Source: Planctomycetota bacterium (GTDB lineage: Bacteria > Planctomycetota > SZUA-567 > H5-PLA8). From it: a DNA stretch of 64,000 nucleotides. Each line of letters starts with the position of its first letter. Positions within the stretch are counted from its first letter, which is position 1. The stretch spans positions 30,765 through 94,764 of the forward strand of contig DASPJR010000088.1 of the NCBI GenBank assembly GCA_035628505.1. The letters run 5' to 3'. The notes beneath the pieces were generated by a model. The model was given only the letters and a program-made list of their open reading frames with translations, was not told where the DNA came from and did no database searches. This document shows, piece after piece, positions 58,444 to 64,000 of this stretch. Made by a program: the position numbers and the translations under genes.

Positions 58444-59385
58444 ATGAAGCGCTATGATGCACAGGTTCTCAAGCTTTATGGCCTCACCGAAGAGGACGCC
58501 CGCGACCCCGCGGCCGCGCTGCTCTCGGAAGGCGTCAAAAAGATGTTCAAAGTCGTCCAGTTCATGAAGCTGCCCGTTGACCTCGGTGATGACGGCCTCG
58601 GACAGGCCCGGGTGCTTGCCGAAGAGAAGAACGTTCCGCTCTGGCGGTCCATGACCGGACTCTTCCCGGACAGCGAAGGCAACATGTCGCCTGAAAAGCG
58701 CGAGCAAGCTGTGGAGCAGCTGGTGGGCATCGTCCTGAAGCTGCTGCGCTTTGAGATGAAAGCGGATGCGGAGGCAAAGAACCTCTATCACACTCCGTAC
58801 TGGGATCCGCTGCCGAAGATCTGCGCGCGCCTGGGCATTGCCAACTGCGAGCTCTCGCGCCTCTCCAAGGAAGCCTGCGGCCTGGCCGCGCACGAACTGG
58901 TCGATGTCGTACGCGTCAAAGCGGTCAAGGACCAGATGAAAGAGCACGTTCGCATGTTCATCGCTGCAATTAAAGAGGAGGCCGCTTCATCTCCGCCCGG
59001 CACGGAAGACACCTCCGTTCTCAGCGACCCGCTGGCACTCTTGAAAATCCTGCGCCAGGCGCGCCGCGGACCGCAGTTTCATCGCGGGCAGTGGGCCCTG
59101 ACCCTGGGTTTCCCTACTTACGCCCGCTTCTACCGGGCCAGCCTCGTCTTTTATCAGCTCGCCCCGCAGCAGCTTGAGCTGGTAGCCATCGAAGAAGTCC
59201 TGGCCGAGATCGCTGCCGCGGAGAAGGCCGAACAAGGCAGCGCCGCCGCGACTGTTACTCCCGCAAAGCCAAAGAAGAAGAGCGTCAGCCAACGCCTTGC
59301 CTACGTCGTGTGGGCGCAGCTCAAGCAACGCCACGTGCAATTTTTTGCAGATCTCAAGCAGACGGTGCTGGCCGAAGCCTGCTGA
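58444..59385 (+). CDS. Hypothetical protein
   Basis: Long ORF (track 58276..59385). The ATG at 58444 has AAAGGA 9 nt upstream. No family recognised. Confidence 0.4.
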   Translation: MKRYDAQVLKLYGLTEEDARDPAAALLSEGVKKMFKVVQFMKLPVDLGDDGLGQARVLAEEKNVPLWRSMTGLFPDSEGNMSPEKREQAVEQLVGIVLKLLRFEMKADAEAKNLYHTPYWDPLPKICARLGIANCELSRLSKEACGLAAHELVDVVRVKAVKDQMKEHVRMFIAAIKEEAASSPPGTEDTSVLSDPLALLKILRQARRGPQFHRGQWALTLGFPTYARFYRASLVFYQLAPQQLELVAIEEVLAEIAAAEKAEQGSAAATVTPAKPKKKSVSQRLAYVVWAQLKQRHVQFFADLKQTVLAEAC

Positions 59386-59419
59386 GGTTTTGAACGGACA
59401 GCACTGCTTGCGCGCTAAC

Positions 59420-59600
59420 GCTTCCGAGTGGCCCAGCCCAACGGGCTGGGTGCCGAAGGCACAAGAAGCCACGGAACAAGCGCTGTCCCGGTTTGCGTGT
59501 GCACTTCTGTGGGACAGCGTCCGTCCTGCGGCTTCTTGTCGCTAACGCGACACGGCCCGTCGGGCCGTGCCACCCTGCGGGGTCACGTGTTCGTAAAGGA
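59420..59600. repeat. Cluster of GC-rich stem-loops (REP-like) downstream of the hypothetical gene
   Basis: cccagccc-aac-gggctggg, gctgtccc-(22 nt)-gggacagc, and cacggccc-gtc-gggccgtg. Each has an 8-bp perfect stem. Coordinates are approximate. Confidence 0.45.
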
Positions 59601-59878
59601 GCAGCGCGTCAGCACTGCCCATGGATGCGCATGCCTTGCATGGTCAGTGCTGCATAGCTGAAGGTCTGGACTGCCAACGATGAAGGTGCAAGCGATGCTG
59701 TCCTACGTCTGCGTTGCCCATGCCACACAGCGATGGCCACACGAGCTGCCCGTGTCACACGCGCAGCCCGTGCACACACTGCACCAGTGCGCGCGTTGCA
59801 ATCTTTGTATCTGATTGTAATGGCCTGAGGCTCGTTGACTGCGGTACGGTGAAGGCAGAGTTACGGGACGGCTTTACT

Positions 59879-60703
59879 ATGCGGTATACCGACCTAATCG
59901 AGGTCAGGCGCGAGGACCTGGAAATAACGGCGTTGGTCATCGCCGGAAAAATTGAAAACGAACGCCGGAGGGCACTTCATTATGGCCTTGCCCTTGTGTT
60001 GATAACGCCCCTGGCATTTCTAATCGCGATCGCTCTGCTCATTGCAGGGGCTTTCTTGTGTCTTCATGATTCCCCTACCCCAGCGGCGATTCTTCCTTTT
60101 CTGCTGCCGATTTTTTCAGTCCTGGCGGCATTCGTTTTTCTGCTGGGTCAAATTAGCGTGGCGAAGCAAAAGGGATTCAACACGGCGGCGTTTGCACGCA
60201 TCGCCATCGCAGTCGTAGTTTCGTTTCTGCTGGCATCGTCGTCGATGTCAATCTCCCATCCCTCCCTGTTCTGGACGCTTCAAATCGCACTGACCTTGCT
60301 GATCATGGCCTTGGTGGGAACGACGCTCGAACTGGGGTGGTACGAGGAGAGTCCGCAATCTGAGGAAATTGATCGGGCAGTTCTCGGAACGTTTATTGCA
60401 TCAGCCGTTCCGGGCGCATTACTCATGATGTATGCCGAGCTCATCCGGAAAGCCTGGCTCTGGCGTGGCCTGGACCAGGATGAACGTTTTGCAGCATCGG
60501 CAATCCTCTACGCTGTCGCCAATGAGGACTTCGCCATGGAGAAAAAGATATTTCAGTGCCTCGGCAAGGAACGCGCGCGTCGTGTTCTCGACTCGCTGCT
60601 ACATCTGGAACTGGTTCGTTTTTCCGCCACGCGTCTGCGCCTGAATGAAAAAGGAGAAATCGCGATGGGCATAAGACCCGCGCCAGTGGATTACGAGCAT
60701 TGA
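59879..60703 (+). CDS. Hypothetical polytopic membrane protein
   Basis: ORF track 59714..60703. The internal ATG at 59879 (MRYTDLIEV...) is followed by at least five hydrophobic helices. The Cys/His-rich N-terminal 55 aa of the tracked ORF are probably not translated. Confidence 0.4.
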   Translation: MRYTDLIEVRREDLEITALVIAGKIENERRRALHYGLALVLITPLAFLIAIALLIAGAFLCLHDSPTPAAILPFLLPIFSVLAAFVFLLGQISVAKQKGFNTAAFARIAIAVVVSFLLASSSMSISHPSLFWTLQIALTLLIMALVGTTLELGWYEESPQSEEIDRAVLGTFIASAVPGALLMMYAELIRKAWLWRGLDQDERFAASAILYAVANEDFAMEKKIFQCLGKERARRVLDSLLHLELVRFSATRLRLNEKGEIAMGIRPAPVDYEH

Positions 60704-60738
60704 AAGCAGACACTGAAATCCAGTCATACACCCATTAT

Positions 60739-62163
60739 TCAGTGTTCGACCGGCTCCTGCTGCGGGAGGGGGGACTTGAAGCGCATGAAAAAAGTCGAGC
60801 CCTTATTCATTTCCGATTCCACATGGATGCTCGCGCCATGAGCCAGAGCGATGTGCTTGACGATCGCAAGGCCCAGGCCCGTGCCACCGCGGTCGCGCGA
60901 GCGGGCTTTGTCCACACGGTAGAATCGTTCAAAGACGTGCGGCAGCGCGTTGGGCGGAATTCCAATCCCCGTGTCGGCGACGCTCACCTCCCACTGCGAA
61001 TCGCTGTCGGATTCGCGGTTGAGCCTGGCCAGGCGCACCTGCACTTTTCCGTTCTCGCGGTTGTAGTTGATTGCGTTTTCAATCAGATTCGAAATCGCCT
61101 GCACCAGCAGGCCGCGTTCACCGCGAATGGGCACCGTCTGCTGCGGCAAGTCGGCCTCGAGCGCCACCCGGCGCGTGCCCGCCAGCGCCTGGCATTGCTC
61201 AACGGCTGTGTTCACCGCTTCGCACAGATCGAGCTGCGTGCTGGCGATCTCCTGCTGCGGGTTTTCAAGACGCGAAAGGCGCAGCAGGTCACCCACAATG
61301 CGGCTCAGGTTTTCAGCCTGGCGGTGACAGATCTTCAGGAATTGCTGCGCCTGATCCCGGTCCTCCCACGCGCCGGATTCAAGCGTTTCAAGATAGCCCA
61401 GCAGGGAAGTCAGCGGCGTGCGCAACTCGTGCGAAACGTTGGCGACGAATTCAGTGCGCATGCGTTCCAGGCGGCGCAGCTCCGACATGTCGTGGAAGAC
61501 GGCCACGGCGCCGGAAAGCCGGGCTTCGTCGTGAACCGGCGCGCAGCGCGCGAGGATGAAGCGTCTGCCCGTCTGGCCATCAAGCGGAAGCTGCATCTCA
61601 AAGCCGCAGGCCTGGGCGGCGTCAACGGCCTGCGAGATATTGCCGACCAGATCCGGAAGCGCGGCGACTTCCGCCAGCGGCCGTCCCACGGGCTCAGGGT
61701 CGCCGCTGATATTCAGCATCTTGCGGGCTGCCGGGTTGGCCACGATGACGCGCTTCTGGGAGTCGATCACGAGGATGCCTTCTTCCATCGCGGCGAGAAT
61801 GGCTTTAAGCCCGCTGCTCTCCGCCTGCAGATGCGCGATCCGCTCCTGCGCCTCACGCGCGTTTTTTTCGAGGATGCCTGTTACGGACTGGCTTTCATCC
61901 GGCGCCTGGCCGTGCAGCTTTGCGAGCGTGGCGTGGATCTCATCGAGCTGAGCGGCCTGCTCCCGCTGGCGTTTCAAAGCGATGGAAAGCAGCACCAGGA
62001 GGCCGGCAAGCGACAGGCCAAGCGCCGCAATCTGCAGCGGACCGCGCGGCTCAAGAAGACTATACGCAAGCACCGCCGCCGCGGTGAGAACGGCTCCGGC
62101 AGCGGCAGAATTTCGGATCGGACAGGGAGAGCGCATGGGCATCGTTGAGAGCCTCAAGAGCAA
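60739..62163 (-). CDS. Sensor histidine kinase, PhoR-like (TM, HAMP/PAS, HisKA, HATPase_c)
   Basis: H-box SHELRTPLTSLLGYLE. N-box LIENAINY. G1 DTGIGIPPNALPHVFERFYRVD. G2 GGTGLGLAIVKH. Two N-terminal TM helices. Confidence 0.8.
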   Translation of the reverse strand: MLLRLSTMPMRSPCPIRNSAAAGAVLTAAAVLAYSLLEPRGPLQIAALGLSLAGLLVLLSIALKRQREQAAQLDEIHATLAKLHGQAPDESQSVTGILEKNAREAQERIAHLQAESSGLKAILAAMEEGILVIDSQKRVIVANPAARKMLNISGDPEPVGRPLAEVAALPDLVGNISQAVDAAQACGFEMQLPLDGQTGRRFILARCAPVHDEARLSGAVAVFHDMSELRRLERMRTEFVANVSHELRTPLTSLLGYLETLESGAWEDRDQAQQFLKICHRQAENLSRIVGDLLRLSRLENPQQEIASTQLDLCEAVNTAVEQCQALAGTRRVALEADLPQQTVPIRGERGLLVQAISNLIENAINYNRENGKVQVRLARLNRESDSDSQWEVSVADTGIGIPPNALPHVFERFYRVDKARSRDRGGTGLGLAIVKHIALAHGASIHVESEMNKGSTFFMRFKSPLPQQEPVEH

Positions 62164-62206
62164 GTATAGCAGCGAGGCGGCGCCACGGGCGGTCAGAATT
62201 TCCGGC

Positions 62207-62899
62207 TCATTCGTCCTTCAAGCGATACCCGACGCCGCGGACGGTTTCCACCAGCGCGCCGCACGGACCCAGCTTGCGGCGCAGGGAGCTGACGTGGACA
62301 TCGATGGTACGGTTGAGCACGAAATGATCCTGCCCGAGCGCCAGGTCGAGGAGCTGGTTGCGCGTCAGCACGCGGCCGATCTGCCGCGCGAGGTTCTGCA
62401 GGATGCGGAATTCGGCGAGCGTCAGATCGATGCGCTGGCCCTTGACCGTAACCTCGTGACGGGTGGCATCGATCTTGAGCGCGCCCAGCACAAAGGGTTT
62501 TTCATCTGCTTCGGCGTCCAGGTCCGACACGCGCCGGACCACGGCGCGCACGCGCGCCAGCAGAACGCGGATGCTGAAAGGTTTCACCAGGTAATCGTCG
62601 GCGCCCAGCTCCAGCCCGGTGACGATGTCGGCTTCCTCGTCCTTGGCCGTAACAATGAGAATGCCGGTGCGGCGCAGGTTGGCGTTCGCGCGGATGCGGC
62701 GGCAGACTTCGAGGCCGTGCATGCCCGGAAGCATCAGGTCGAGGATCACCATATCGTAATGATTCGTTTCGACGAGCTTGAGGCCTTTTTCGCCTTCAGC
62801 GGTGCCCGAAACATCGTAGCCCTCGCGCGTGAGGTTGTGCCGGATCAACTCGCGGATGTCATTGTCGTCTTCGATAACCAGGATCTTGCTCTTCGCCAT
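62207..62899 (-). CDS. OmpR/PhoB-family response regulator
   Basis: Receiver domain (KILVIEDD...DMVILDLMLPGMHG...LIVTAKDEE) plus a winged-helix DNA-binding domain (LTLAEFRILQNLA...VGYRL). Start at the ATG at 62899 (MAKSK). Confidence 0.85.
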   Translation of the reverse strand: MAKSKILVIEDDNDIRELIRHNLTREGYDVSGTAEGEKGLKLVETNHYDMVILDLMLPGMHGLEVCRRIRANANLRRTGILIVTAKDEEADIVTGLELGADDYLVKPFSIRVLLARVRAVVRRVSDLDAEADEKPFVLGALKIDATRHEVTVKGQRIDLTLAEFRILQNLARQIGRVLTRNQLLDLALGQDHFVLNRTIDVHVSSLRRKLGPCGALVETVRGVGYRLKDE

Positions 62900-63117
62900 G
62901 GCACTCTCCGTTTCCAATCTGGCACGGCGACATTAACACGCGAAAAATGCACACTGCAACAACCATTACACATTCTTAACGAGAGCTTGTTCAAAGCATG
63001 ATCTTTGAAAGTCTTGATTTGCACGCGGCTGCTGTGATACACTCATGCTCGAAGTTGGCCTGCATGAATCCGCGCAGATCGCCGATAAGAGTGTGGCGAA
63101 AGGCGGGTCTCAGACGT

Positions 63118-63807
63118 ATGGCACAACTGCTCAGTATGTTCCCGCGAGGTATTTCCGGAACCATGACCAATCCCCTCCTTGAAGTGCGCATGGAGAGCTT
63201 GCGCGAATCGCTCGAAAAGCTCGCCGCGGCCGTCGATGACAACCTGCGCTCAGTCCTGCTGAAGCTGACTTGCGACAAGGCAGTGTCGGCTGGCGCCCCG
63301 TTTGTCAGCGTCGATGAACTGGCGCGAACAGTTCGCGAACGCTGTCTGTTGCTGCTGGCGCGCGAACACCCCATGGCTGGCGACCTGAAGTTCGCAATGG
63401 CCGCGCTGCGCGTTGGACACGATTACGAACGCGTCAATGAACTGGCGCAGGCGCTCATCCGCCGCATCGAGAAGCTCACCGGAACGCCCGTGCAGGACCT
63501 GATGCAGGATATGACCGGCGTCATGGCCGACATCCTGAAGCTTCACGAAATCGTCCGCCGCACGTGGTTGCGCGACCGCGGCCATTTCACATCGGAGGAA
63601 ATCAAACCACAGGTCGCGGCGCATTCCTCCGTGGTCGGCTCGCAGATCAGCGTGATCCAGAACAAGATCATGGAAGCGATCGCGCGCGGCGGAAACAACG
63701 CCGAGATCTTCGTGGAGGTCGTCCTCGCCTGCCGGCATCTCAAGCGCATCGCGACGACTCTCGAATCCATTCCAGACGAGCTGAACGCGTTCGACAAAGC
63801 AGCGTGA
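63118..63807 (+). CDS. PhoU-domain protein (phosphate-signalling accessory regulator)
   Basis: Two PhoU-like helical repeats (DNLRSVLLKL...ARTVRERC and HSSVVGSQISVIQNKIMEAIARGG...). Start at the ATG at 63118; the ORF track begins at 62998. Confidence 0.6.
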   Translation: MAQLLSMFPRGISGTMTNPLLEVRMESLRESLEKLAAAVDDNLRSVLLKLTCDKAVSAGAPFVSVDELARTVRERCLLLLAREHPMAGDLKFAMAALRVGHDYERVNELAQALIRRIEKLTGTPVQDLMQDMTGVMADILKLHEIVRRTWLRDRGHFTSEEIKPQVAAHSSVVGSQISVIQNKIMEAIARGGNNAEIFVEVVLACRHLKRIATTLESIPDELNAFDKAA

Positions 63808-63886
63808 CGCATCGATAAAAAAAGCAGTTGAACGGCTCTTCTATATAGAGGCTTTGGTCGCAGGCCTCGCAGCGCCTGGATTTTAG

Positions 63887-64000
63887 ATGTCGAACAAATC
63901 AAAGGATAAGCCGGCGCGCGCCACACATGACGCGACGCCGGCCGCACCTTCTATTGCACACCCAAATGCGCTCCGCCGGAGTCTGCCGTGGCTGATGCTG
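63887..64000 (+). CDS. 5' end of an unknown CDS truncated by the window edge
   Basis: ATG at 63887 (MSNKSKDKPARATHDATPAAPSIAHPNALRRSLPWLML...) is open to the end of the window. Confidence 0.25.
   Translation, partial: MSNKSKDKPARATHDATPAAPSIAHPNALRRSLPWLML

Noticed and set aside
59400-59600. Possible tRNA in the structured GC-rich spacer
   Set aside because: It has no T-arm GTTCRANYC-like motif, no acceptor-stem complementarity with a 3' CCA context, and no anticodon-loop geometry. The hairpins are simple 8-bp REP-like palindromes.
60700-63001. 482-aa and 339-aa plus-strand ORFs
   Set aside because: Antisense to the PhoR-like kinase and the PhoB-like regulator, both of which show complete catalytic motifs.
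1-64000. CRISPR arrays, rRNA genes, transposases or integrases
   Set aside because: I found no regularly spaced direct repeats with unique spacers and no rRNA-like conserved blocks. No ORF has DDE, tyrosine or serine recombinase motifs. The only repeat structures are the internal gene repeats and the hairpins reported above.

Overview
This is a high-GC (~60%) bacterial chromosomal segment with no rRNA, tRNA or CRISPR array recognisable by eye. Several families suggest a Planctomycetota- or Acidobacteriota-like organism. There are two PVC-type multi-heme CxxCH proteins, a Ser/Thr kinase fused to an FGE-sulfatase domain, ECF sigma / FecR anti-sigma pairs, and a 4115-aa surface protein built of Ig-like repeats. 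Ordinary content includes a LysR-adjacent peptide/amino-acid catabolic operon (M19 dipeptidase, RidA, MFS transporter, MlrC-like M81 peptidase, class-III aminotransferase), a citramalate/2-isopropylmalate synthase, a carbon-nitrogen hydrolase, and a PhoR/PhoB/PhoU-like locus. There is also a hybrid histidine kinase that looks interrupted by a single-base frameshift. The most notable feature is a tightly packed, translationally coupled minus-strand operon at ~23.5-32.7 kb that encodes a eukaryote-type ubiquitin toolkit. It has a beta-grasp ubiquitin-like protein with an internal Gly-Gly followed by an 11-residue tail, whose stop overlaps the start of a ThiF/MoeB-type E1. It then has a JAMM/MPN (JAB) metalloprotease carrying a transmembrane helix. 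A canonical UBC-fold E2 (HPN-x-Cys motif) is fused to a tail of ~27 cysteines. Three paralogous membrane-anchored C4HC3 (RING/PHD-like) zinc-finger proteins follow, one of them fused to a trypsin-like serine protease. The operon also contains an FHA-domain polytopic membrane protein, a zinc-ribbon membrane protein and a DUF2752 protein. A 290-bp AT-rich island in this otherwise GC-rich genome lies immediately upstream of the operon. Other curiosities are a long GAGTC/GACTC hairpin, a structured 3' region with paired palindromic 23-mers plus an intrinsic terminator, and an 18-bp in-frame tandem repeat inside a kinase gene.
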